This document shows positions 43,994-54,425 of a DNA stretch of 64,000 nucleotides, piece by piece. Position numbers and translations under genes: made by a program. Each line of letters opens with the position of its first letter. Position 1 is the first letter of the stretch. The DNA is taken from the sequence record NC_041974.1. One strand, given 5' to 3'. Under the pieces are notes generated by a model that saw only the letters and a list, made by a program, of their open reading frames with translations, had not been told where the DNA came from and searched no databases.

Positions 43994-45715
43994 TCAAGCC
44001 GCAGCCATGAAATCGATCTCGATGTGTTTTTCTACCATAAAGTCTTTCAGTAACGTAATGGTCTCAGGTGCTTTGTACAACTTACGTGCAAGTTCACCGG
44101 CATTGTTCATACCACCGGCTGCCAGGTTTACTGCTACCTGACGATACTCCGTATCATCCAATCCTTCGATCTGGGTCATCTCAATCCAGGTGGTTTGTTT
44201 CCCCACATTCATGATGACCGTACCGGTCGGGTATGCTCCTTCTACGTCGATGTCGTTCGTACCTGTTCGCACATAGGACTTGACATTCGGCAGTTCTTTA
44301 AACATCGCTTTGCCGTTTAAAGCAACCAGCTCTGTTGGCAGCATGACGATCCAGCCACCCAGCCCCTGAATGTGATCATCCAGTTCGGTACGCATCTGAT
44401 CTGATGTAGTACCCCAGATATACCCTTCTTTCATTACATCGTAATGCATCGCCTCAGCGATACGTGTCGGCTGCGATATAAAGTTACGGTAGTCTGACAC
44501 CCCGCAGAACGTTGGAACCGCTACAGAGAGATCTGAGGTCTTCTCGTCCATCATTTCAACCACGATGCAGTCGAAGATGTTATACATCACATATTCGTAC
44601 TTGTAGTTGCTCTGCATGAACTCATGCCAGTCTGCCCCGTGGTACCCTTCAGCTTCACTGAACTTCATCTTGGTCACACCGAGTACTTTCTCAGCGATGT
44701 TATCCAGTTTGTAGTTCAGCTCTTTACCGTTCATGGTACGCAGGTAGTAATAGGCTGACATCGATTCAGCCCAACGGAACGACGCAGGGGCATTGACGTA
44801 AGGCCACTTCTCATAGTTAGCTAATGATGTCTTGGTGACTTCTTTGCCATCATTTTTTACTTTGTGGGTTTTGCCCTCGTAGTAATAAACGTTACGGTAC
44901 TCTTGGGGTACCGAGGGATCGCAAATAACGTCAGCAGGGTTGATGCCGGCATTAGTTAATGTTTGGGTGAGAACCTTGTAGTCGAACTCGAGCACGTTCC
45001 AGCCAGTGATGAAATCGGGCATCCACTCATGGGCGCGTTCAAACAGTTTGACAAAGCCATCTGCAGCACTGTCAACCAACACGAACTCTGGGTTGGTGAT
45101 GCTGCGTTTGGTTGCCCACTCGCCCAGGTATTTATCCCAGGCCAGTTTCAGCTTCTGATGAATACGTTCATCCGCTTCCCCGCCAAAGTAGCGACGGATC
45201 ACAAAGGTAAAGGTGCGTTCTTTAAAGGTTAAGGATGCCATGATCGGCTCACCCTTATACCGCTCGTCTACCATTTCGGTTTCGATATCGAACACACTGA
45301 TTTTGTACGGAGTAAAGGTATCAGGAAACTTCGCTTCGTACATCGCTTTGACAATCGAGGAGGGTTCGATGTCAGCGCCATACACGTACGGACTGCGACA
45401 TACCCGACGCAGTTGCTGATCGGTGGCACCTTTTCCCAACATCTTTGAGATGTGGTTAGGAAGATCCCACTGCGGGCAACTGAACTTCTGCAGCTTGGAC
45501 AGCTCTTCGTAATCTTTCTTATCCTGGTGATTGCGGTACGCCGGTTTGGTGAGGTAGTAATCACGCTTCATGTCTTTGATGATGCGGGTGTGGGGTTTGC
45601 TGTTCCCGTTCTCGTCAATCACATTCTCTTTCACGAAGATGATGTCTGATTTGCCGCGCAGAGAAAGGGTATAGATCGCGTGCTTGCATTCGAAACGAAG
45701 GTTATTGCTGCTCAT
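43994..45715 (-). CDS. Split family-B DNA polymerase, 3'-5' exonuclease-containing half (phiKZ gp82 type)
   Basis: ExoI VFDIETE, ExoII TGWNVLEFDY, ExoIII YNIFDC, then palm motif-A-like DIDVEGAYPT. Ends before motifs B/C. Confidence 0.85.
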   Translation of the reverse strand: MSSNNLRFECKHAIYTLSLRGKSDIIFVKENVIDENGNSKPHTRIIKDMKRDYYLTKPAYRNHQDKKDYEELSKLQKFSCPQWDLPNHISKMLGKGATDQQLRRVCRSPYVYGADIEPSSIVKAMYEAKFPDTFTPYKISVFDIETEMVDERYKGEPIMASLTFKERTFTFVIRRYFGGEADERIHQKLKLAWDKYLGEWATKRSITNPEFVLVDSAADGFVKLFERAHEWMPDFITGWNVLEFDYKVLTQTLTNAGINPADVICDPSVPQEYRNVYYYEGKTHKVKNDGKEVTKTSLANYEKWPYVNAPASFRWAESMSAYYYLRTMNGKELNYKLDNIAEKVLGVTKMKFSEAEGYHGADWHEFMQSNYKYEYVMYNIFDCIVVEMMDEKTSDLSVAVPTFCGVSDYRNFISQPTRIAEAMHYDVMKEGYIWGTTSDQMRTELDDHIQGLGGWIVMLPTELVALNGKAMFKELPNVKSYVRTGTNDIDVEGAYPTGTVIMNVGKQTTWIEMTQIEGLDDTEYRQVAVNLAAGGMNNAGELARKLYKAPETITLLKDFMVEKHIEIDFMAAA

Positions 45716-45815
45716 GATGAATGATAATCCTATGTCAAAACACTACAAAGTGCACCAGTGTTTAATACGCGTTATAACATCAGGCGTGCAACTACATTTA
45801 TACAAAGGAGATCAC

Positions 45816-47078
45816 ATGATCCTATCTAGCGGTCTGGAAGCGATTAGCTTTCAAAAGAATCCGCTCTTTTACAAACAGCTGGTTGTCGAATTCGGCCGTC
45901 TGATGGAACTTGCTAAAGCCAATGGTAAGAAGCGCTTGACCGAAGAGATGATGGCGCAGTCTAACCTGGCAAAAATCACCATGGCGAACACCGGCATCAA
46001 AGTCTCGCCTGGGGTGGATACCCGCATGCAGTGTAATGCGTACGTTATGATTCCGAGCATCAACTCCTATCACGTCTTCAATGACCGCATGCGTCAGATC
46101 TTCTCAGGGTATGCCGAATCGTTTGAGCAGTTTCGTAAAGCCAACGATGTGTTGATTGGGTTGGTTGATCTGCAGAACTCCAAAGTGGGCGGGGTCTTCT
46201 CGACTATTGATCACCGCATCTGTCTGTCGTACGATATGATGACCGACTATGACATGACCCCGGGTGAAGTCGCAGCCATTTACATGCATGAAGTCGGCCA
46301 TGCCTTTACCTTCCTGGAGATGCTGCATTATACCGCTACCACCAACCTGGTGCTGACCGCTGGCATTGAAGCGATCATCAAATCAGAAACTTCTCGTAAG
46401 CATGTCATCTTAAGTGATATCGAAAACTCCTTAGGGATTAAGATCGATAATAAAGATGAACTGGTCGCTTACGACAAGTATGAAGATTATGCTGTCACGA
46501 TCCTGTCGAAGTACAACCGCACCTTAGCTGCGGCCCTGGGTTCACCGGCACACGATGAATCGATGTCTGAGCAGATGGCAGATATGTTTGCCACCCGACA
46601 TGGCGCGGGATTGGATCTGGCGCGGGGATTGTCCCGTATTCACAAATATTACAATTCACCGAAGTTTAAGTTTGCCCGCTATCTGGAGATCTTTGTCGGC
46701 ATCCTGCAGACCATGGGCTTGTCCCTGGTGTTCGATGTGTTGGGAGTAATCGTTGTCCTGACTGTCGGTAACTTCTTTGGTGGGACGTATGACCGGGCGA
46801 AAGACCGTTTCATCCGCATGCGTAACGAAATCGTGGTCGGCCTGAAAGATGAAGAGATCAGTGCAGCTGACCGCAAACTCTTGATCAGTCATATCGCCGA
46901 GCTGGACAAGATCATTGCCCAGGCCAAAAACGAAAGCTCCTTTGTCGAGCAGTTGTCTCTGGTGGTGCGCGCCAGCCAGCGTGAGCGTTATGCCAGCAAG
47001 TACCTGCAAAAGGATCTTGAAGCCCTTCTTAATAATCCGCTCTATGTCAGTGCGGCCAAACTGAAAACATTGCAATAA
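45816..47078 (+). CDS. Virion head protein with M48-like Zn-metallopeptidase motif (phiKZ gp83 type)
   Basis: SD AAGGAG before ATG 45816; YMHEVGH...SEQMADMFATRHG; N-terminal SGLE processing motif. Confidence 0.7.
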   Translation: MILSSGLEAISFQKNPLFYKQLVVEFGRLMELAKANGKKRLTEEMMAQSNLAKITMANTGIKVSPGVDTRMQCNAYVMIPSINSYHVFNDRMRQIFSGYAESFEQFRKANDVLIGLVDLQNSKVGGVFSTIDHRICLSYDMMTDYDMTPGEVAAIYMHEVGHAFTFLEMLHYTATTNLVLTAGIEAIIKSETSRKHVILSDIENSLGIKIDNKDELVAYDKYEDYAVTILSKYNRTLAAALGSPAHDESMSEQMADMFATRHGAGLDLARGLSRIHKYYNSPKFKFARYLEIFVGILQTMGLSLVFDVLGVIVVLTVGNFFGGTYDRAKDRFIRMRNEIVVGLKDEEISAADRKLLISHIAELDKIIAQAKNESSFVEQLSLVVRASQRERYASKYLQKDLEALLNNPLYVSAAKLKTLQ

Positions 47079-47091
47079 GGATTCATCAGAA

Positions 47092-47598
47092 ATGATTATT
47101 GACGTAGCAGAATTAAAGAAACAGATCGTGTCGGTGCGTTCTATTGCAGAGATCCCAACTACCCTGCGTACTAAACTGATTGAAACCGGTCTGGCCCGTG
47201 CGGTAGCTTATGGTGTTGATCTGCCAAAAGAGCTGGTCGGCAACCCGGTCTCCTATTTCGCCAGCAACGCCACTGATGCTAAGCAGGCACTGGCGGTGAT
47301 CAACGAAACCAACGTGATCAACATCTCCCGTATCCTGTCACTCGCCACCATCATCTGGCAGGCACGCTACAACATGGTTTATCTGCCAGCCACTCGCGAG
47401 TCCATGGAGTTGACTCATCAGGTGTTGTCCGATCAACGCGAATGGTTGTTCGATGCAGAGCAGCAGGATTTCCTGTCGGCGACCATTGGTGACGGCACGG
47501 TGCAAGACAGCCTGAAGCTGGCTCTGTTAAACTTCACCTGCCCGGCTGTGATCAACCCTAACCAGGTAGCACCAGTCACCACCGCTGACGAGGAGTAA
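47092..47598 (+). CDS. Virion structural protein (hypothetical)
   Basis: SD AAGGA; within the structural operon. Confidence 0.7.
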   Translation: MIIDVAELKKQIVSVRSIAEIPTTLRTKLIETGLARAVAYGVDLPKELVGNPVSYFASNATDAKQALAVINETNVINISRILSLATIIWQARYNMVYLPATRESMELTHQVLSDQREWLFDAEQQDFLSATIGDGTVQDSLKLALLNFTCPAVINPNQVAPVTTADEE

Positions 47599-47600
47599 TC

Positions 47601-49067
47601 ATGTCTATTGATCTGATCGCTTCCTTTATCGACGATTCGGGCAATGTCCCGATGACGGCGCTGACCGTGGTAAAGAAAGAGAACGACGAAGCCAACGCAC
47701 AACTGCCGAAACAGGTAGCGATGCTGAAAGCCTCTAACGAACGTATCGTTGAACTTCAGTCTGTGATTGAACGTGTGCGCCGTGAAGGCATGAGCCGTGA
47801 AGTCGCCGCGATTGTTGCCTCGATTGCACCCGAAGCGTTGCCGGTTGGCTACGGTGCTGAAGGTTTCACTGAGCAACCCTCAAAGCTTGGGATGGCTGCT
47901 GGTCTGGAATCGATCACCGCCTATGTGATTGATGGTATCAAACGTCTGATCGCATTCCTGATTGATAAGGCCAAGAAAGCCGCTGCCTTTATTGTGGATC
48001 AGTATCGTCGTCTGACGGGCATTGCTCCCACTGCGTACAAGATCGATCGGCGTGCTGCTTATCTTACGGCGATGTCTGCCCGGTTTGCTCAGCATTTCGG
48101 TACGGATCTGGCGACCCTGTTAGAGCAGGATATCAATGCCGGCTTTACCAGTATCGAAAGCACCCGCATGGTATTAAGCGGTATGTTTGCTGATGCGGAA
48201 GTGCTGCAGGCGGATCTGTCTAAATATGGCAAGCACATCAATGTCATGTCCAAACAGATCGAAGCGTTACTGGCAGATGCGCCAGCACGTGTGGTGCGGG
48301 TCAATGCGATTGTTAATGATGTCACGGTATCGCGCAATGGCAGCAACGATCGCAGTGCAGAGATCCTGCGTCTGATCGACACCCGTAACCTCGATGCCCT
48401 GGTCAGTACGTTGCGCAGCGTCAGTAAGTTACTGGTCAGCAGCCCGATGTACAAATCCACTGGCACCGGTAAAGACGGCAAAATCAAACAGACTATCCTT
48501 GAGCAGTTAAACAGCGATGGTTTCCGTGAGATGATGTCCGGCCTTTCCATGGCTGCTAATGCTGGCATGACCCACACCATGGACATGACCGATGCCTCGG
48601 CGATCATTCGTTCACGTAATCTGGCTGAGGCTGTTAAAGAGCTCACCAATTACGAAGAAGTGAAGAAGCGTTCATTGGATGACCTCAAGTCTGCTACTGG
48701 TTCGATCAACAGCAACAAATATGTGCAGGCCGCTGAACAGTCACCGGGTGATGACCCGACCATGGCAGCTGTGGTGCAGTTTAACCAATACTGGGATGAT
48801 GTCACGACCGCCGTAAAAGTGGCACAGGACATCACCACCGCCTACGCGGAGACGGTATTCAAACTGCAGCTGTTCTCGGTGCGTTGTCAAGACCTGGCGC
48901 TGGTACAGTGGTCCGCTAACCCAGCCAATGCCGGTCTGGCAGAAGCCAATGCGGCGACTGAACGTCTGCAGGCGGTGGTCAAGCAGTATCTGGATAAGGT
49001 CGTGAAGAACACCACGGGCTTGAAAGGTGCGCTGGATGACCTCGGCAAACTGGTCAATCAACTGTAA
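47601..49067 (+). CDS. Virion head protein (phiKZ gp84-86 type)
   Basis: GAEGF and AGLESI protease-site motifs followed by IKRLIAFL amphipathic helix. Confidence 0.7.
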   Translation: MSIDLIASFIDDSGNVPMTALTVVKKENDEANAQLPKQVAMLKASNERIVELQSVIERVRREGMSREVAAIVASIAPEALPVGYGAEGFTEQPSKLGMAAGLESITAYVIDGIKRLIAFLIDKAKKAAAFIVDQYRRLTGIAPTAYKIDRRAAYLTAMSARFAQHFGTDLATLLEQDINAGFTSIESTRMVLSGMFADAEVLQADLSKYGKHINVMSKQIEALLADAPARVVRVNAIVNDVTVSRNGSNDRSAEILRLIDTRNLDALVSTLRSVSKLLVSSPMYKSTGTGKDGKIKQTILEQLNSDGFREMMSGLSMAANAGMTHTMDMTDASAIIRSRNLAEAVKELTNYEEVKKRSLDDLKSATGSINSNKYVQAAEQSPGDDPTMAAVVQFNQYWDDVTTAVKVAQDITTAYAETVFKLQLFSVRCQDLALVQWSANPANAGLAEANAATERLQAVVKQYLDKVVKNTTGLKGALDDLGKLVNQL

Positions 49068-49076
49068 GGAAATCGC

Positions 49077-50333
49077 ATGGAATCCACATTACTTCAAACG
49101 ATCAATGAAACCACGGAGTTGTGTGACTCTTTGATTTCGTTGTCACAACGTCTTGAGATGTTGGGTCCCATTGCTGCTGAGTCTGTTAACTTCGCAAAGA
49201 TCCATGAATCGATTAACCTGAAGGTGGCGAAGATTGCTGCTTCGATGGAGTCGATTGAAGCTAACGGCATCAACCAGGAGGCAGTGTTAGAAATCAATAC
49301 TGCCATGCCTGGTATCATTCCCAACACCATCCCTCTTAATGGATACACCAAAGCCCGCAGTCAGATGAATGTGGGGTTTGCCTTAGAGTCGTTGGAGTCA
49401 GGTAAAGCAGCAATGATCTCCGGTTCAGTAACAGGGATCGTGGCCGTGATCGTCAAACTGTTTCGTTGGGTGGTCATGACCATCAAGCAGTATGTCAAAT
49501 CACGCCGTGATGCGAACCGTCTCGGTGTCTCTGTGACACAAGCGCTGCAACGTGCGGGGACGATCAACGAATACCTGTTAGAACAGTTGGCGAAAACCCC
49601 TGAAGCCAAAGCCGCCCGTCCGGGCTTTGAATGGTTGGTATCGATCTGGCGTCCGCAGGCTGGGATCTTTAAGTTCAATGAAGATGCACTGGTGCAGTGG
49701 TGGCCAGAGCTCGTCAATGAACTGGAGTACGAATACAACCAGATCAGCAAGGCGTTTGAAACACTGCGTGGCGGTGGGTCGTTTGTCCCGAACATTGCGA
49801 AAGCGCATCAGTCACCCTCCATGAAGCGTTTCTTTGAAGCCTTACCGCAAGGGACGGATCGTCAAGGGAATATCGTTGAGGTAGAGCTGGCGAAGAAGCA
49901 GTTCCAGGAGAACCCACAGCGTGCGTTGTTCCAACTGGCTGAGCGTCTGCGCTACATGATCATGCGTGAGCCTAAATCAAAAGGTACTGACTTTGGGCAA
50001 GAGCTGATCTCAGTAGGTCGCAGTATTGAAGCTTACACCAATGTGGATCGTCTGGTGTTTGATCAGCTGAATACCTACGACACCAACAACCGATTAGGGA
50101 AACTGGAAGAGGCGTTTGGTGCGTTGTATAAGCAAGTCCAAGCCACACGCTACACTGCAGACAAAGCCCTGGTTGATGAGTTCGTGGGTTACCTGAACCG
50201 TTATTCAGAAAAGCTTAACTGTTTCGTGCAACTGATCACCATTGTGAGTTACCTGGATAGCTGTAGTTTCCAGATCCTTGACAATGTCTCCAAAGCCACC
50301 ATGAAGTACGTTGATATTGCTGCCAGTAATTAA
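49077..50333 (+). CDS. Virion head protein (phiKZ gp84-86 type)
   Basis: SMESIE and ALESLES motifs; N-terminal region parallels the previous gene. Confidence 0.7.
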   Translation: MESTLLQTINETTELCDSLISLSQRLEMLGPIAAESVNFAKIHESINLKVAKIAASMESIEANGINQEAVLEINTAMPGIIPNTIPLNGYTKARSQMNVGFALESLESGKAAMISGSVTGIVAVIVKLFRWVVMTIKQYVKSRRDANRLGVSVTQALQRAGTINEYLLEQLAKTPEAKAARPGFEWLVSIWRPQAGIFKFNEDALVQWWPELVNELEYEYNQISKAFETLRGGGSFVPNIAKAHQSPSMKRFFEALPQGTDRQGNIVEVELAKKQFQENPQRALFQLAERLRYMIMREPKSKGTDFGQELISVGRSIEAYTNVDRLVFDQLNTYDTNNRLGKLEEAFGALYKQVQATRYTADKALVDEFVGYLNRYSEKLNCFVQLITIVSYLDSCSFQILDNVSKATMKYVDIAASN

Positions 50334-50335
50334 AT

Positions 50336-50387
50336 CGGCATAAAGGCCTGGCCTTCCTTGCGGAGGGCCAGAGCCTTGCTTATGCCG
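50336..50387. terminator. Bidirectional terminator with exact CGGCATAA...TTATGCCG arms
   Basis: Long stem at a convergent junction; right arm overlaps the TAA of the minus-strand gene. Confidence 0.85.
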
Positions 50388-53337
50388 TTAAGCTTGACTT
50401 CGCTGAGGTATGTTTCAGGAAGGTGATGGAGATGTCTTCTTTCACCGTTAAGGTTTCATCCGACGCCACATCTACCCGTTTCTTGATGGCACACCGCATG
50501 GTGTCATCTAATGCGGTCATGACTTTGATATCACCGTTCACCCCGAGTGCTTTAAACTCGATGTCAACCACATCTGACGTTCGATACGGTTTCAGCGCAT
50601 CAACCAGATCTGTCAGACCAAAGGTTGCCCGGGCAATCACTGCGGCAATCGCTGGACTCACTTTCGCTGACAGGTTGTCACGCAATGAGGTGTTCTTGTA
50701 ACCGTTGTCGGTCATGTAGAAGGTTACGTCAAAACCAATCGCGGCGGAGATCTGACGAGACTCTCGTGCATTGGCAATCACATCGATCAAGCCCAGGGTT
50801 TGTTTCGGTCGTAACGACACCGTGGTCTTCTCAAGCAACTGCCGCTTCACCGTGACCATGTCTTCTGTCACCCAGTCAACCAGATCAGAGATCACATCAG
50901 TGATGTATGTCTTATCCAGCGGGTTACCGGTAAAGTAGTAGACACCATCCAGACCCACCACATCGATCTCACGCACCACCACACGTTCATTAAGCGGGAT
51001 AGGGTTACCTTGCTCATCCGACTTAATGTCACCCACCCGATAACGATAGATGATGTTGTTATCAGCGTCATACATGATGTCGCCTTTGGCGTGCAGGATG
51101 ATCGGTTGGTTGTTGCTGTCAAACACCAGTTGGTTAGTGACCGCATCACGTTGATACACCGTCTCTGCATAACGCCACGGCACATCGACATCATACTTCT
51201 GATACTCGATGTCAGACACCACTGAACGTGACCGCTGATACAGATAGGTCAGGGCTTTGCCCATCACCACATCGTAGGACTGCTCCGTCACCACCACGAA
51301 CTGCTGATCCAGGTAGAAACTCCCCAGCTTCTTATCACTGTCGCTGTACACCACGTCGTTCGGTGATTTGGCCACAGCAATACAGTTTAGCAGGATGAAG
51401 TTCTTTTCCAGTACCGAGCGCAACTTAGACGGCGCATTACCAAACTGACCAAAGGAGGTCAGGATGATCTCGTCCTCATTGGTGATGTCGAGATTACTGT
51501 CAATATCAAACTGCCAGACACGTTCGCGGGTTGCTGTCCGACCGATCATCAAGCCATTGAGGTAGCCGTAGTTGCTTTCCCCTTCCGGCATGAACAGTAA
51601 CTGACACGCCACATCGCTGTCTGCCAGGTCTTTGTAGTAATCACCTGAACTCGTCACCACGGTTGCTCTAAAGCCATTGGTGGTTTTGGTAAAGGTAAAA
51701 CTGTCCGCCACAAGTTCAACACCGATGGAGTTGTTCTCATAGCTGAATACCCGACCTGCTACAGAAGGACGATCCAGATCATAGACCCGAGTGGTAAACG
51801 CATCGTTATTCGCATCCAACACCATGTAGAAAGGTGAGAACATGAACACGTTGTTGTTGACCGTCAAGGCACGACTGTCTAATCCCGCGCCGTTGATCGT
51901 AGCCAGCTCCGCATCGGATACCATGTTGTAGATACCGTTGACCAAGCGGTATAAGGCTGTCGGAGTGATGGTGATGCGATTGCCGTTATCACGCACTGCG
52001 GTATTACTGACTAACTGCAACATCGATGACTGCAGGGTAATAATCCCGGTACCGGCCGGTGTATTGATGCCAGACTTGTTGGTCTGCGGATTCAGTGACC
52101 GGGTCGCATGGTAAATACGTTGCGTCACTGTGTCTTCTGATTTCAATGCCCCGTAGCCTAAATCGACCAGGGTTTGTGAGACCTGCGCTTCAGTAATCGG
52201 TAAGACCGTTTTGTTGGCCGAATAGATCACCGCTTCACGCAACGCTTCAACACTGAGGCCGTTCACCCCACCGCTGACACCGCTGCTGATCGACATGGTC
52301 TTTTCATTAAAGACGGTCAATGGGGTAGAGTACTTATCCAACACCCGATCTTCGTAATTGAAGTCACGGTAGACCGCACTGATCGAAGAAGACTGCAGCG
52401 CCAGCGTTTCGATAACCAGGTTACCTTTACTGGTGTAGACATCTGCCCGCACCTGACGACCCACTGCCAGATTGTTGGAGATGTAGATTTCCGGTAGCAC
52501 AACCTTCACTGAGTCTTCTAACACCTGGGCGACGAAGGTCAGCTTGGTGTTGTCATAGACCAGGTCATCATGGGTGACGTACGCCTCTTCCCACTCATCA
52601 GTCACATTCGCCCGTGTAAAGACACGCAGGTAATAGAACTGGTCACCTTTTAATGGATAGGTATTGCGATACCCACTCATGCTGGTAATCTGACCGTAAT
52701 AAGGCTGGGCTTTGAACTGACGTAAAGGTACCGTGATGTAGAGCAGTTCAACCCCGTTGAAGATCGCAGTCCGCCAGGTTAACTGGTTGGTCTCAACCGT
52801 CAGTAACGGACTGGGTTGCGACACATCGTACACCACCACAAAGCCGCCATGTTTCATCACCCGGATTTCAATCGGATACTCCAGACTGAAGGTGACGTCC
52901 ATCACCGTGATTTCCGTGTTGCGTGGAATCACCATCTTCGAGTAGATGCTGTCGATGTCATCGTTGCCACTGCTGTCGAGCTGCACTGCACGCGCCCGAA
53001 TCTCATCGGCATTGAAAATGAAGTTGGTGGTGATACGTGACGGGGTACAGAAACGGTTCTTGTAATCCTCATCACTCATGTTGCGATACAGATCTTCATA
53101 CGTCCGCGCCATCTTCGGGTAGTACGCCGTATAAAGGTCTTCATGGTTTTGCATCACTGCTGAACCGGTCAGAGCAACCAGCTCAAAAGCAAACATCGCG
53201 GGGTTGGTGGCATTCATGATATCAATCGTGCCATCCATGTTTTGATCTAACAGATCGAGTGTGTAGTCCATCATCAAAGATGGATCATTACGCAGGTCGA
53301 TCATTTTCTGTTTACGTACGTCGATGCTGTCGCTCAT
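50380..53337 (-). CDS. Large virion structural protein, baseplate-wedge-like (phiKZ gp87 type)
   Basis: 985 aa; SGGVNGLSVEALRE resembles the baseplate J/gp6 SGGxDxES motif; synteny. Confidence 0.7.
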   Translation of the reverse strand: MSDSIDVRKQKMIDLRNDPSLMMDYTLDLLDQNMDGTIDIMNATNPAMFAFELVALTGSAVMQNHEDLYTAYYPKMARTYEDLYRNMSDEDYKNRFCTPSRITTNFIFNADEIRARAVQLDSSGNDDIDSIYSKMVIPRNTEITVMDVTFSLEYPIEIRVMKHGGFVVVYDVSQPSPLLTVETNQLTWRTAIFNGVELLYITVPLRQFKAQPYYGQITSMSGYRNTYPLKGDQFYYLRVFTRANVTDEWEEAYVTHDDLVYDNTKLTFVAQVLEDSVKVVLPEIYISNNLAVGRQVRADVYTSKGNLVIETLALQSSSISAVYRDFNYEDRVLDKYSTPLTVFNEKTMSISSGVSGGVNGLSVEALREAVIYSANKTVLPITEAQVSQTLVDLGYGALKSEDTVTQRIYHATRSLNPQTNKSGINTPAGTGIITLQSSMLQLVSNTAVRDNGNRITITPTALYRLVNGIYNMVSDAELATINGAGLDSRALTVNNNVFMFSPFYMVLDANNDAFTTRVYDLDRPSVAGRVFSYENNSIGVELVADSFTFTKTTNGFRATVVTSSGDYYKDLADSDVACQLLFMPEGESNYGYLNGLMIGRTATRERVWQFDIDSNLDITNEDEIILTSFGQFGNAPSKLRSVLEKNFILLNCIAVAKSPNDVVYSDSDKKLGSFYLDQQFVVVTEQSYDVVMGKALTYLYQRSRSVVSDIEYQKYDVDVPWRYAETVYQRDAVTNQLVFDSNNQPIILHAKGDIMYDADNNIIYRYRVGDIKSDEQGNPIPLNERVVVREIDVVGLDGVYYFTGNPLDKTYITDVISDLVDWVTEDMVTVKRQLLEKTTVSLRPKQTLGLIDVIANARESRQISAAIGFDVTFYMTDNGYKNTSLRDNLSAKVSPAIAAVIARATFGLTDLVDALKPYRTSDVVDIEFKALGVNGDIKVMTALDDTMRCAIKKRVDVASDETLTVKEDISITFLKHTSAKSSLTA

Positions 53338-53346
53338 CGTAGCCTC

Positions 53347-54372
53347 TTATTTTTGATCCTTCGGAACCCACCACTGGAATTCGTTCGTCATCACGTCGAT
53401 ATAAGGATAACCAATAAAGTTGTAGCGCTGCATTTCACCCGGGGAGATTTTGCGGAAGAACGTGTTACGGTTCGCGGCTTTCATCTGCGGGTTAAATAAC
53501 TCGACACAACTGTTGAAATCCAGGATCAGGGATTGCGTGTTATAGCGCCAGCCCACACACTGCCAGTTACAACTGATTTGGTTATTGTTCTTGATCAGTG
53601 GGGTGTCTTTGGTGGTGCCAAAGTCAAACGCATTACCAATCGGGTTGGTGGTACAGATTGCTGCGTAGGGTGCACCGATCTTTGTCACATAGCGTGAAGT
53701 CTGATCCAGGATGATGCGATAGAAGCGCATGGTGTAATCAATATAGTTGTTAACAATGGCGTCCCAATAGGGAACCATGTCGCCAAGGTATACCGATGAG
53801 CTGTACGTTTGCAGCAGATCCAGAATCATGGTGATCGGGTCACCTGAGATGTTGGTGTGCGTTGATGTCACCTGATAGGCTTCATTAAACTCCGACTGAC
53901 CATCAACCATCGACCAGGTTTCTTTACGTGAGCCTGGTGGTGCAGTAAAGGTATCAATCACGATATCGGGAAAACCGGTCATCGATTCCAGGGTGTTTGA
54001 TAAAATGGACACGAAGGCCTGTTGGTTATCAAACAGTCTGGAGTAGCTTTTTCGATCAATTGTGCCGGTCGCATCAAACATCGAACGGATCGCACCTGGG
54101 ATCGTATCGGCGTTGTTTGAAGCAAGCGAAAGCAGCTTTTCTTGTCGATTCAGATTATCGTATGACAGGTTAAGGATTGGGCGTGTGAAAAAGGTATACC
54201 CCATGACGTCTTTGTTGATGGGTAGAAAGGCGCTACGGTTACTGAATTTGTTCAAACCCCAATAGTTATGCGCAAGCGATGAGGTTACACTACCATACCC
54301 GGACTCCCTTGCAGCCGAGTCAATACTCTCGGTCCACAACCCAGGATTGTAGTCGTCATTGTCATTGGCCAT
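53347..54372 (-). CDS. Virion structural protein, tube/baseplate-like (phiKZ gp88 type)
   Basis: 341 aa; GYTFFTRPILNL pattern; synteny. Confidence 0.65.
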   Translation of the reverse strand: MANDNDDYNPGLWTESIDSAARESGYGSVTSSLAHNYWGLNKFSNRSAFLPINKDVMGYTFFTRPILNLSYDNLNRQEKLLSLASNNADTIPGAIRSMFDATGTIDRKSYSRLFDNQQAFVSILSNTLESMTGFPDIVIDTFTAPPGSRKETWSMVDGQSEFNEAYQVTSTHTNISGDPITMILDLLQTYSSSVYLGDMVPYWDAIVNNYIDYTMRFYRIILDQTSRYVTKIGAPYAAICTTNPIGNAFDFGTTKDTPLIKNNNQISCNWQCVGWRYNTQSLILDFNSCVELFNPQMKAANRNTFFRKISPGEMQRYNFIGYPYIDVMTNEFQWWVPKDQK

Positions 54373-54425
54373 TACTCATCACCTCTTTGAAATAGAATAT
54401 CCGTTGAATCCATAGGAGTACTTTT

